Below are positions 34,080-46,677 of a stretch of DNA of 64,000 nucleotides, piece after piece; position 1 is the first letter of the stretch; each line of letters opens with the position of its first letter. The position numbers and the translations under genes were made by a program. Origin of the DNA: an uncultured Candidatus Saccharibacteria bacterium (GTDB lineage Bacteria > Patescibacteriota > Saccharimonadia > Saccharimonadales > UBA7683); contig CAZWBG010000001.1 in NCBI GenBank assembly GCA_964632215.1, forward strand, positions 313,336-377,335. Direction: 5' to 3'. The notes beneath the pieces were generated by a model, which worked only from the letters and a program-made list of their open reading frames with translations, made no database searches and had not been told where the DNA came from.

Positions 34080-35343
34080 TTTTAAACTGGTTTTCTTTTA
34101 TGCGCAGCCAATGTCTGCTCTGACGGACAAGTTTTTCTACATCACGCTCAGAGTAGAGCAGCTCTTTGGTCACCTCTTCAGCAAAGACTCCGTTTTGCGA
34201 ACCTTTAATCAGTACTACGGTGCCTTTTTTAAGAAGTCTCAGGGCAACATCAGCCGCGTGATCTGGCGAAGGGCAACGCATGACTTTACAGCCTTTTTTC
34301 GCAGCAGCCGCTGCAAGATATTTGTTAGCGTCTTTACCAATTGTGATCACAACTTCAAGCTGCTTTGGATCACAATAACTACCCACTTCCTCATGGAGTT
34401 TTCTACTCTGATCTCCAAGTTCGTTCATCTGCCCAAGCACGGCAATTTTATTTGGTGCTTTTATCTCATAGAGCGTATCTAGCGCTGCTTTTACAGCTTC
34501 TGGACTTGCGTTGTAGGTATCGTCTAGTAAAGTGCTATCCTTAAGGCCTCTTAAAACCTGCATTCTGCCAGGTGCTGGCTCGAGCTTTGCCAGGCCCTCT
34601 TTAATCTCTGCCGTTGTTAGCTCAAGTTCATCAGCTATCAGTACGGCAGGTGCAGCTGCACTGGCATTATGAACACCCAGTAAAGAAATGTCTGCTTCAA
34701 TTTGTCCATCATTTTTAAGCGCAAAAACTACCCGCCGCTTCAAATCAGCCGTTAAACCTTTGGGCGCATAACGGCAATCGTAGTGCCCTTGACCATATGT
34801 CAGATAGTTTTTTACACGAGTGAGGTATTTTTTATCTACATCATCGGCATTCACGATAAGGGTCTCTACGAGGTTGTCTAGATATAGCTCCTCTTTGGCA
34901 ACCGCCTCTAAATCATGGAATTGCAGCATGTGTTCTGGTGCGATAGCGGTCAGTACCCCGTAATTAGCGTGCAGATATGGTTCAAAGGCTTGCATGTCGC
35001 CAGGCTTATCAGTACCAAGCTCCACGACAACTGCCGTAAATGGGTACGCTCCTTGTATTAATACTTCACTTCTTAAAAAAACTCTTAACCAACCAAACGG
35101 GTTGTAGAGCATTGGCATCTTCTCGCCAAAAAAGATTAGTGGCACGCTGGTAATCTCATTATAGTTACCGTCTTGCCACTGTATTTTTGCATGCTGAGCT
35201 AGCACCGTTGCGATTGCACTCTTTGTACTTGTCTTGCCAACACTTCCAGCCACTGCAATAACCAGCGGCTGATGCTTATCACGAAGCCGCCTTACTTGGT
35301 GCCATAGTAATCGTGCGATAACTGATTTGAAGTATGTCTTCAT
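34072..35343 (-). CDS. murF: UDP-MurNAc-tripeptide--D-Ala-D-Ala ligase (MurF-type)
   Basis: Contains AVAGSVGKTSTK, DDTYNASP and Mur ligase domains. Confidence 0.75.
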   Translation of the reverse strand: MKTYFKSVIARLLWHQVRRLRDKHQPLVIAVAGSVGKTSTKSAIATVLAQHAKIQWQDGNYNEITSVPLIFFGEKMPMLYNPFGWLRVFLRSEVLIQGAYPFTAVVVELGTDKPGDMQAFEPYLHANYGVLTAIAPEHMLQFHDLEAVAKEELYLDNLVETLIVNADDVDKKYLTRVKNYLTYGQGHYDCRYAPKGLTADLKRRVVFALKNDGQIEADISLLGVHNASAAAPAVLIADELELTTAEIKEGLAKLEPAPGRMQVLRGLKDSTLLDDTYNASPEAVKAALDTLYEIKAPNKIAVLGQMNELGDQSRKLHEEVGSYCDPKQLEVVITIGKDANKYLAAAAAKKGCKVMRCPSPDHAADVALRLLKKGTVVLIKGSQNGVFAEEVTKELLYSERDVEKLVRQSRHWLRIKENQFKNA

Positions 35344-35392
35344 TGGTTGTAAAAATCCTTTAGCCCACTCCTGGGATTATGGCGATTTGTAA

Positions 35393-35791
35393 CTAAGCTG
35401 CGAGCCCAAGATCAGCTAAGATGTCGGCGTTGCTCGAACGGTTATCTTTAATCCATTGCTTGGCATCATTCTGTTCCCAAAATGCCTCACCTTCATCTTC
35501 CAGCTTTTCAAGGCGCGTATAATAATCTGGCACTTCATAAAGATGGGCCAGGGCAATTTTAGCTGTAGATTCGAGATCGTCGCCTGTTACATTCGTTTGT
35601 TCGCAGGCAATCGCAAAAGTACAACCATGCTCAAGTTCTTCTTTCACTCCTTGCATGAACTCACCAAAATCAACTTCGTTCCAGTTTACGCCAATTGTAT
35701 CGCCAACTTCTTTAACCTCTTTTGCTGTCAGGTTATATTTTGCATACTTTCCGTCACGAATCTTCTGATAAAAGTCTACTGCTTGTGCCAT
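35393..35791 (-). CDS. hypothetical acidic protein
   Basis: 132-aa ORF with no recognised motif. Confidence 0.5.
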   Translation of the reverse strand: MAQAVDFYQKIRDGKYAKYNLTAKEVKEVGDTIGVNWNEVDFGEFMQGVKEELEHGCTFAIACEQTNVTGDDLESTAKIALAHLYEVPDYYTRLEKLEDEGEAFWEQNDAKQWIKDNRSSNADILADLGLAA

Positions 35792-35838
35792 ATTAATTTC
35801 CTTTCTAAAAAATCTAGTGGATTAACTCTGTAGAAATG

Positions 35839-35915
35839 TGGTGGAGATACAGGGACTCAAACCCTGGACCTCTGCCATGCCATGGCAGCGCTCTAATCAA
35901 CTGAGCTATATCCCC
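35839..35915 (-). tRNA. tRNA-Ala(GGC), CCA encoded
   Basis: The cloverleaf folds. The G3:U70 identity pair is present and the anticodon loop is ATGGCAT. Confidence 0.85.
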
Positions 35916-35949
35916 ACGTGGGCTGAACCCAACTATTATTATATCAGCT

Positions 35950-36399
35950 CTAGCCAGCAAGTTCACCGAGTTCGTCTTGCTCTTGTAGCGTAAATTGAAT
36001 AATCCTTCGACTCTGCCTACCAAGGCCCATCGGCATCACACCGCTCTGCATTTCAGCTAATATATCTGCGACCTTTTGGGTGCGTAGTAGCAATCGCTCT
36101 TGCTTCCAATTTTTATCATACAATCCAAATACATGACACTTCAGATTAGCGAAAACGTTATCTGCACGTATTTGGTTGAAACAATCCCATAATACTATAT
36201 GAGTAAGCTGAGTCATGGCGTAAGTACCGTTACCCACATTAGTTCCAATTGACTCAGCAGCTTGTTGAAAATCTTCCACATTAAGGTAGTCTCCTGTTGC
36301 TAGGGCTTCATTTAGAGATCTTGCGTGGCCAACATATCTTAGGTCTTCTGATATGACGAGATCGCCTCTTTGTGGTGGTCTTTCAAAACTTAACTTCAT
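35950..36399 (-). CDS. hypothetical protein
   Basis: Start moved to ATG 36399, which has GAGGTG 4 nt upstream. Confidence 0.5.
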   Translation of the reverse strand: MKLSFERPPQRGDLVISEDLRYVGHARSLNEALATGDYLNVEDFQQAAESIGTNVGNGTYAMTQLTHIVLWDCFNQIRADNVFANLKCHVFGLYDKNWKQERLLLRTQKVADILAEMQSGVMPMGLGRQSRRIIQFTLQEQDELGELAG

Positions 36400-36409
36400 A
36401 AACACCTCA

Positions 36410-37159
36410 CTACTGTTCACGAGCCCGTTGCTGCATGTCTGCTATGCAAAGTAAAGCCACCAGACTTTTAGGACCACAGTTAGAGAAACTATAAGAGTGC
36501 TCATGAAACTTGAAGGGATCAGCTACTATAAATGATTTTATAAGACTTCTCCCTTCTCTGTCGATAGATACAACGTCCGCAATAATACCTTGCTCAATAA
36601 GCATACCCATAGAAGGAGTATCGAGATGCGTAAATACCCGTTCCATAACACCTGCCATGCGCGACATAGCGCTACCTACATCCTTTGATCCATATTGTTT
36701 TCTTATTTCTGTTCTATTTTTCTCTATCCAACCTCGTAACGAAGGCTCTCTTTCTCCCGCGTATTCAATTGAGAAGGGAGGTATGTTTTTAAACAGTTCC
36801 TCCACCTGGTGGTCGCCAAGCGATCGCCGATTAGTAAGCATACCAGTCATTTCTTCAGTCCAGTCGCTCAGATCTTCGAGACGAGATTTGTTACTGTTAA
36901 AACCCAGCGCTCCTCCGATTATCTCGCGCTCACTTTTAACTGATGCCATCTCTCGACTTAATTCGTTCTCACTTACTTGAAGATCTTTATCTCTCTTGTA
37001 GAGTTCTTGGGCGAGACTATCAACCACTAGCTGGACTCGACTTGCTTGAACAGCTCCAATAGCAACATCCTTTTCATCCACAGCCAAGCCTTCGGGGAAT
37101 TCCGATGCAATAGTTGCTTTGTCCACCCAATCATAAATTAGATCGGTCTCTTTACTCAT
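36410..37159 (-). CDS. hypothetical protein
   Basis: 249-aa ORF with no recognised motif. Confidence 0.5.
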   Translation of the reverse strand: MSKETDLIYDWVDKATIASEFPEGLAVDEKDVAIGAVQASRVQLVVDSLAQELYKRDKDLQVSENELSREMASVKSEREIIGGALGFNSNKSRLEDLSDWTEEMTGMLTNRRSLGDHQVEELFKNIPPFSIEYAGEREPSLRGWIEKNRTEIRKQYGSKDVGSAMSRMAGVMERVFTHLDTPSMGMLIEQGIIADVVSIDREGRSLIKSFIVADPFKFHEHSYSFSNCGPKSLVALLCIADMQQRAREQ

Positions 37160-37198
37160 ATTATCTATATTATATCGTAAATATCCGATTTTTGCAAT

Positions 37199-37966
37199 TT
37201 ATTCTTCTCGCCTAGGAATATCCAGCGACCTCTTTAGCTCGGGGTCTGACGTTGTATAGAACTGAGCTGTAGACCAATATCCCATTGTGCGTAATCGCCT
37301 TTGTGACGTCATCACCATCATGCGCCTGTCATAACGCATTCCGGCAGTACCGTAATATTTTGACACAAGTCTCGTGTAGGCTATATCCTCACTCTCTGTG
37401 ATGAAGTCAGTTCGTGGAAACCCACCAGTTATATAGTAAGCCTCAGCAGTAGTTGCCATATTATGTCCTGGAGCAAAATAAAGAAGCCCTGGATCGGCAA
37501 ATCTAATAGCCCTTATAATTCTTGCTGCATTCTTTACGCGAGGTAAGACCATTATCTCAAAAAAAGTTGAGCCTCCATCACCACCTGAGATAGCTGGCCC
37601 CGAAACTAATGCTGTGTGTTTCTTTTTTAACTGATGACTCACTCTTGTAGCCCACCCAGGGAGTGCCTGCGTGTCACTATCAATCCGAGCTATATGCTCA
37701 GCACCCAACTCTTCCATGGCGTACCGAAAGCCAGTATCGGCAGCAGCACCAGTGCCCTGAACCTCTTCCGTCAGTAAGTGTAGTGTTGTGTTCCGGAAGT
37801 TTTTACTCACATCAAGAGCTACGCTAGCAGTTTCGTCCGTAGAGTTATTATCAACCACAATAACATCCAATGCCACGTCTTGAACCTCAAGACTCAGTAG
37901 AGAGCCAGCAATTCGTGATTGCTCGTTATAGGCTGGAATCACTACTGCTAGTCTTTTTTCTGCCAT
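37199..37966 (-). CDS. family 2 glycosyltransferase
   Basis: Contains VVIPAYNE, DNNSTDET and DSD. Confidence 0.75.
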   Translation of the reverse strand: MAEKRLAVVIPAYNEQSRIAGSLLSLEVQDVALDVIVVDNNSTDETASVALDVSKNFRNTTLHLLTEEVQGTGAAADTGFRYAMEELGAEHIARIDSDTQALPGWATRVSHQLKKKHTALVSGPAISGGDGGSTFFEIMVLPRVKNAARIIRAIRFADPGLLYFAPGHNMATTAEAYYITGGFPRTDFITESEDIAYTRLVSKYYGTAGMRYDRRMMVMTSQRRLRTMGYWSTAQFYTTSDPELKRSLDIPRREE

Positions 37967-37970
37967 AATC

Positions 37971-41076
<3,106 letters not shown>

Positions 41077-41077
<1 letters not shown>

Positions 41078-41946
41078 TACAAGTTTTCTCCCATATGCTG
41101 AAGCTTGGTAATGCGCTCGCTAATTGGTGGATGTGTACTGAAAAGTTTTGAGATCCGCTTACCCTTAAGTGGATTGGCAAAGAATAGATGGGCAGTGGAG
41201 CTATTTTGGCGTTTCATAATAGAGCCTGAGGCCTCAATCTTACGCAGAGCCGCAATGAGGGCATCGGGGTAACGCGTAAGCAGAGCACCGCTGGCATCAG
41301 CAAGATACTCCCGTTGACGCGATACTGCTAACTGTATCAAAAGCGCTACAATAGGCGCTAAAATTGCCAGTATAACCGCGACAATTGCAGCTATCGGACT
41401 AGTGTTATCTCTGTCTCCCCACCACATCATGCGTATCAAGAAGTCACTCAGTAGGCCAATAATTGAAACGCAGGCAAAAACTACCATCATAAGACGAATA
41501 TCGTAGTTTTGAATATGCCCTAACTCATGACCCACTACCGCCTCTAGTTCTGTATCATCAAGTGAATCAAGCAGCCCCTGAGTAACTGCTACGCTTGCGT
41601 GGTCTGGATTACGCCCAGTTGCAAAGGCATTGAGTGCAGCATCTGGCATGATGTAGACCTTCGGCATTGGTAGCCCTGCTGTAATTGCTAGATTCTCGAC
41701 AATTCGGTACAGTCGCGGATTATCCTTCTTCTCTATTGGCTTAGCACCGTTGAGAGCCAACGCCACTCGGCCAAACGTAAAGTAGCTGATGGCGCTATAA
41801 ATCAGTGCAAAAATTCCAATGACAAAAATGGAGCGAAAGTCACCAACGTAGAGACCATAGGCATACCCAATCACTCCCATAACGACAAGAAAGAGACTCA
41901 TGACAATAACTGTTTTTAACTTGTTGGCTGCAATTTGTGAATACAT
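41077..41946 (-). CDS. htpX: M48 zinc metalloprotease HtpX
   Basis: HELGHIQNYD plus 4 TM helices. Confidence 0.85.
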
Positions 41947-41969
41947 GAATGTGCTATCAGAAAACTATA

Positions 41970-42533
41970 TTAAAATTTTACGTCAACTGGCTTTTGAGCA
42001 GTTGCTGATTCAGCTTCATCAAGCTCAAAGAAGTCACGTTTTTTAAAGCCGAGGCTGTTGGCAAAAATATTGGTTGGGAAAACAGTAACCTTAATATTAA
42101 GTTCACGCACCGCACCATTGTAAAAACGGCGTGAGGCTTGAATCTTATCTTCAGTATCAACAAGTTCATCCTGCAACTGTAGGAAGTTTTGGTTTGCCTT
42201 TAGATCTGGGTTACTCTCAGCAACTGCAAAAACGCTTTTTAGGGCACCAGCAAGAGCATCTTCAGCCTGAGCAGTCTCTTTCACAGAACCGCCAGTAATG
42301 GCGCCAGCTCGCTCTGCTGCAACCTTCTCAAGTACATCAGCCTCGTGCTTAGCGTATCCCTTAACTGTATTCACGAGGTTAGGAATAAGATCAAGTCGTC
42401 GCTTAAGTTGCACGGTGATGTCGCTCCAAGCTTCTTCAACCCGAATATTTGTCTTAACTAAACCGTTATATGTTGCCCACAGCCAGATCAATAGCAGAAC
42501 AACTACTACCCCGATACCGATTAATATAAACAT
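41970..42533 (-). CDS. lemA: LemA family protein
   Basis: N-terminal TM helix and a LemA-type helical domain (YNGLV...RRFYNGAVRELN). Confidence 0.8.
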   Translation of the reverse strand: MFILIGIGVVVVLLLIWLWATYNGLVKTNIRVEEAWSDITVQLKRRLDLIPNLVNTVKGYAKHEADVLEKVAAERAGAITGGSVKETAQAEDALAGALKSVFAVAESNPDLKANQNFLQLQDELVDTEDKIQASRRFYNGAVRELNIKVTVFPTNIFANSLGFKKRDFFELDEAESATAQKPVDVKF

Positions 42534-42581
42534 GGTTACTTCTCCTTTTATAATACCCTTCTAGTATATCACCTAAGAAGC

Positions 42582-42602
42582 AAAAAACTCCCAGTTAGGA
42601 GT
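42582..42602 (-). terminator. intrinsic terminator; 22-nt block identical to 43171-43192
   Basis: Minus strand reads ACUCC-UAACUG-GGAGU followed by U6. Confidence 0.65.
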
Positions 42603-42720
42603 TCCTTGGACTGACCGATTCCTAGTATTGCTATCCACTCATCAAGAGTATCTGACCTGATTCGAAACTTAGTGCTACGACACAATATTCATCTTCAGTC
42701 AGAAAAGAATGATGTTGCTA

Positions 42721-43062
42721 CTAGACTGAGTCTTCTTCGGCCACTACTTGTGTTACAGAAAGGTTAGCAACTTGCTCGCTAAAGTGTCGGTCGAAAATTG
42801 CCTGGACTGCTGGCGTCAGAGGGTCTCGTCGGCTGGCTTCCAGAGCTTCCATATAGGCTACTCGTTCCTCTTCAGAGTAACTATAGTAAAGTTGTCCAGT
42901 AGCTGGGTCGTAGCTCCAAGGAGCTTGAAGCTCATCGGGGGTCACCTCTCCCTCGAGAACCTTAAGTATGGTTAGACCTTGAGGGTCACCTCCGAAGCAA
43001 CGCTGCCCCTGGGTCTCTTTGCCGTTTCTTGATTCTCCTGTAGTACCTGTGATTTCTGCCAT
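42721..43062 (-). CDS. hypothetical protein (GC-rich island)
   Basis: 113 aa with GGAGG as RBS. Confidence 0.5.
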   Translation of the reverse strand: MAEITGTTGESRNGKETQGQRCFGGDPQGLTILKVLEGEVTPDELQAPWSYDPATGQLYYSYSEEERVAYMEALEASRRDPLTPAVQAIFDRHFSEQVANLSVTQVVAEEDSV

Positions 43063-43171
43063 ATACTTTTACCTCCTATCCCTCAATCTTCTCACGCCTT
43101 AGTCTATTCGTCCACACCTAGCACTGCACAAAATCGAAAGCGTGTAGCTCCTGTATAGGTTATGAGCTTAC

Positions 43172-43192
43172 AAAAAACTCCCAGTTAGGAGT
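43172..43192 (-). terminator. intrinsic terminator, second copy
   Basis: Same hairpin and U-run as 42582-42602. Confidence 0.65.
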
Positions 43193-43236
43193 CTTTGTTA
43201 GGGTGGTCCATGATAATCAGGAAGTTATTAAAACAA

Positions 43237-43821
43237 CTAACTCTCAAGTCCCTGCTTGGCCAGCTGAGAAACCATGTCTCTTGCACCACCCTGAAGAGCT
43301 TCGTAAGGAGATAACCCATCTAGTTGCGGACTGCTCGCCACCCACCAGAACCACATTGTCCACGGATCTCGTGTAGGCGACAATGATCGATTCACATCTG
43401 CGAAGTCTTCAAGCATCTCCGGTGTGAACTGTATCTGAAACCGTGGGAGCAATAAGGCTCCATGGTCTTCGACCACTAGTAATCGCCCATCGACAACCAG
43501 ATCGTGAGCCTCATCACCGTCAACAACTTGATAGTCCCCACTACCCAGCAGCGTCTCGCGCAGCCGAGCCTGAAACATCTGACGGTCAGCAATCAGATCC
43601 TGCTCAAGCTGATCTCGGTCTGGCATTGGACGGACCCCTAATAGTACGTCCATCGACTCACCTTGCGGTACAAAAGACTCCGACCGACTCGGCTGTAGTA
43701 ACCGCTGAAGGAGACAACATGCCTCCTCACGAGCTAACTCCTGTAACCCAGCGTCAATCCCTAGTGAGATTCTGTCTGATAGATTAAGGTGATCTTCTTT
43801 GGCAAGTTCCATTGCTAGCAT
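43237..43821 (-). CDS. hypothetical protein with a DUF2384-like (Xre/MbcA/ParS antitoxin-type) C-terminus; paralog of 43934-44494
   Basis: C-terminal WFWWVASSPQLDGLSPYEALQGG. Shares HGALLLPRFQ with HGRLLLPVFQ in the paralog. The start was trimmed to remove the overlap and remains uncertain. Confidence 0.5.
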   Translation of the reverse strand: MLAMELAKEDHLNLSDRISLGIDAGLQELAREEACCLLQRLLQPSRSESFVPQGESMDVLLGVRPMPDRDQLEQDLIADRQMFQARLRETLLGSGDYQVVDGDEAHDLVVDGRLLVVEDHGALLLPRFQIQFTPEMLEDFADVNRSLSPTRDPWTMWFWWVASSPQLDGLSPYEALQGGARDMVSQLAKQGLES

Positions 43822-43933
43822 CCAGTCCGTGTAAGTGTCGTCAGTTATTAATATATAAAGAAGAGTAACAGAGATCGATAGTATCGGCAATTCTTCCCTA
43901 GACAGAGCCGAGGAAGCTGATACTCCTAGAGTA

Positions 43934-44494
43934 CTAAAGCTGACTAACTGAAAGACGGCTCGATGTTTTCGTTGCAAGCCTGAGTACATCTTCAGCCTCT
44001 TCAAGCGTCCCGCTGGAAACGATATCAGCACAGCTTCGTCCACCAAAGGTATCTCGAGATACAGACCACCAGTGAGCTAAAAACCATGAAGACCCCGTAA
44101 TCCCGATAGTTGTATTGGCCAGCTCCACGACAGATCGTAGGCGACCCATCTGTGACTCGCTATCATAAGGTTCGAACTGGAATACCGGTAACAGCAGTCG
44201 ACCATGTTCAGCTACTGAAACAATTCCGCCAGCATAATGTTCGGCCAGTATGTCCACATCCTCAAGAAGACAGGACACAAATCCTCCCTCGAGAATTTCT
44301 CGTCGCTTCTCATCCCACCGCTGTCGAACATTAGCTAAATACTCCTCGGGTGACGAACCTTCTTGGTCAAGGTATAGCCGAAACATCTCAGACTTCTTAA
44401 CCAAGCCCTCATCAATGGAGGGATCTACACCCCGCGAAATCCAGTCGTTAACTTCTGTTGATCGTTCAGTCAATTCGTGTGTTGTATTTTTCAT
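43934..44494 (-). CDS. hypothetical protein, paralog of 43237-43821
   Basis: Start at ATG 44494 with GGAG 8 nt upstream. C-terminal WFLAHWWSVSRDTFGGRSCADIV. Confidence 0.55.
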   Translation of the reverse strand: MKNTTHELTERSTEVNDWISRGVDPSIDEGLVKKSEMFRLYLDQEGSSPEEYLANVRQRWDEKRREILEGGFVSCLLEDVDILAEHYAGGIVSVAEHGRLLLPVFQFEPYDSESQMGRLRSVVELANTTIGITGSSWFLAHWWSVSRDTFGGRSCADIVSSGTLEEAEDVLRLATKTSSRLSVSQL

Positions 44495-44766
44495 ATAATA
44501 ACTCCGACAGCTCACCATAGCCAACACGGAGTACATGCAAAAAGGTGGCTGCTTTTAGTTAAATTACTCCTTCTTTGAGAATACTTGCGTCTTAACAAAG
44601 ATGCAAGAGGTGGGTATCTAATCAAATACACCCCAGTGAAGCCAACCCCTTCAGAAACAGAAACACCCCGACTGGCGTCGGGGTGGGTTCGAGTAAGACA
44701 CATTTGGTGCGCCATTAGCTATGAAAGTAAAACCTTACTTCTTAGACTATCAAGCTTCTTAATAGA

Positions 44767-45120
44767 TTAAGCTTCATCCGACTTATCAAGTACTGGTGCA
44801 AGATAGCCTATTGCGAAGTCACCAACTTCACCTGGCAACATTTCATCAAGCTCATCGGCAGTTCTGCCTTCCATACGTGATAGTAATTCTTCTGGGTCAC
44901 CAAATGCGTGCCTCAAAACTGTACTCATAGAAAATGAATTAACCTCTACTCCACGCTTCCGCATTTCTTCAAGAGTATCAACCGCAAACTGTGTGCCAGA
45001 AACTCCACCAGTGGCGTCAGCCAGCTCAGACATGCCACGAATCAAATCGTTTAATTCGTTATCCTCGCCTTGTTCAAAACTAGCCCGTAATATTTCCGGG
45101 CTCTTATTCTGGGTGCTCAT
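44767..45120 (-). CDS. hypothetical acidic protein
   Basis: 117-aa ORF. Confidence 0.5.
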   Translation of the reverse strand: MSTQNKSPEILRASFEQGEDNELNDLIRGMSELADATGGVSGTQFAVDTLEEMRKRGVEVNSFSMSTVLRHAFGDPEELLSRMEGRTADELDEMLPGEVGDFAIGYLAPVLDKSDEA

Positions 45121-45281
45121 ATAGAAGTATTATACAATGTTGTGCTACCTACTTCAACAAAAGAGGTTAAAACGCATTCGTACAACTATTAACATCTCTG
45201 TTAAACGACTAACTTTCTAACATTTTCGTCTCGTCTCCTCTTGCTAAGAATTTGAGATGTTAAAACCCGAAATTAACAGAT

Positions 45282-45304
45282 AAAAAAGAGCCCTATTCGG
45301 GCTC
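45282..45304 (-). terminator. intrinsic terminator
   Basis: GAGCCC-tattc-GGGCTC with a U-run on the minus strand. Confidence 0.65.
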
Positions 45305-45432
45305 AAAGTTGCGAATGGTGCACATTTACAGAATCTTCTCAAACTTTTTGATGCGCTAGTTTATGGTCAGTTGCTAGGTGCTCTTACCATCCTACCGAGT
45401 AACTTATCTGAGAACAAAGTGATCTATTGAAG

Positions 45433-46032
45433 TTATTTGCCGACATTCCCGGTTTCAATTGCTCCCGCCCGTGCATACCGGGCGACGATGACTCCCGACT
45501 TACCGACATGATTTTCAATGAGTTTAAATGTTCTTGGAGCTGCACCATCGCTAAAAAGTTTTTTTCCTTGACCAAGAATAATCGGATAGGTCATAAGACA
45601 TAGTTCGTCTACAAGATCGTTTGCAAGGAGTAACTGCACCAACTTACTGCTACCCCACACATGGAGGTTAGGACCGTTTGAGTTCTTCAACTTTGTAATG
45701 TCTTTAACGCTTCGCAGGAAAGTAGTGTTCTGCCAGTTCGTTTCGGTCTTTGTAGCCGATAAAACATACTTCATATTGTCATTTATAAATGGCCAAATTT
45801 GGTTATGCTTAGGCCAATAATCTGACCAGATCTCGAATGTATATCCCCCTAGTAAAAATTCAACATCAGCTTTGAGTGCTGGATTAGTTACCAGTTCTGC
45901 AGCGTCATCGTCCATAAATGGAGCTTGCCATCCTCCGAATTCGAATTTAGCTGTCTGATCTTCCTCCGGAGCGCCTGGTGCTTGCATGACGCCATCAATT
46001 GTTACAAATTCTAGGACAATAATTTTTCGCAT
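45433..46032 (-). CDS. dihydrofolate reductase family protein (RibD C-terminal domain type)
   Basis: Begins MRKIIVLEFVTIDGVMQAPG, which is typical of the family. Confidence 0.7.
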   Translation of the reverse strand: MRKIIVLEFVTIDGVMQAPGAPEEDQTAKFEFGGWQAPFMDDDAAELVTNPALKADVEFLLGGYTFEIWSDYWPKHNQIWPFINDNMKYVLSATKTETNWQNTTFLRSVKDITKLKNSNGPNLHVWGSSKLVQLLLANDLVDELCLMTYPIILGQGKKLFSDGAAPRTFKLIENHVGKSGVIVARYARAGAIETGNVGK

Positions 46033-46081
46033 GATACTCCTCCGTTTATAAACCTATAATAGGACTATAACGTATAGTATC

Positions 46082-46106
46082 AAAAAGAGACCTCGAGGTC
46101 TCTTTT
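46082..46106. terminator. perfect 18-nt palindrome terminator (bidirectional)
   Basis: AGAGACCTCGAGGTCTCT flanked by AAAA and TTTT. Confidence 0.65.
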
Positions 46107-46216
46107 ATTGTGCTTATACTTGGTGCGAGCAACAGATCACTTCTCAAATCTTCGCCCAGAGGTCAAAAGACTCCTGGATGCGCTATTCCAGTCGGACGTT
46201 CCGTCCGACTCGTAGC

Positions 46217-46675
46217 TCAGGCCACCTCATCTTCGTGCTCCTCGGCCATCTGTACGGCGATCAGCTTGAGAGCCATCGCTAGTTTCTGAACATCCGGTTG
46301 TGGTCGAGCGACACCCATCACAGGTACCTGGTTCCGCTTCGGTGGCTTCATCACTGAGTCCCTCGAAACTGCGTATAGCAGGCGGTTGAAGGTCTGGACG
46401 TCACCATGAGCGTTGTCAAACGCCCTCCCGTAGATTCGCTTCATGCGGAGAAAGGCTTTGCTGGCCCGATTCGGCAAGCTCTTGTCTTGGGTGCCGATAG
46501 TCTTCCAGTGCTCTCTGAGCTGTTCGTCGGTCAGATCCTCGGTAGGGCGGTAGTACTGGTGTACATCCAGCTGCTGGGCATGGGGAATCACCGCGAAGAG
46601 GGTCTGGCATATTTCCCAGGCATGCTTTAGTGTGTCGTGTCGCTCCCAGAAGCTGATGTAGGTGATGCGAGGCAT
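46217..46675 (-). CDS. hypothetical protein
   Basis: 152 aa, tightly packed behind 46678-47562. Confidence 0.5.
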   Translation of the reverse strand: MPRITYISFWERHDTLKHAWEICQTLFAVIPHAQQLDVHQYYRPTEDLTDEQLREHWKTIGTQDKSLPNRASKAFLRMKRIYGRAFDNAHGDVQTFNRLLYAVSRDSVMKPPKRNQVPVMGVARPQPDVQKLAMALKLIAVQMAEEHEDEVA

Positions 46676-46677
46676 GC

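Noticed and set aside
35814-36023. 69-aa minus-strand ORF
   Set aside because: It is the translation of the tRNA-Ala gene and its flank.
42620-42700. CUGAAGA and CUUGAUGAG strings on the minus strand downstream of ORF 42721-43062
   Set aside because: The first lacks a G10.1-C11.1 stem II and a GAAA box. The second has an extra U in the core. Other CUGAUGA occurrences (inside alr, sodA, the KH gene and the hydrolase gene) also lack the remaining hammerhead elements.
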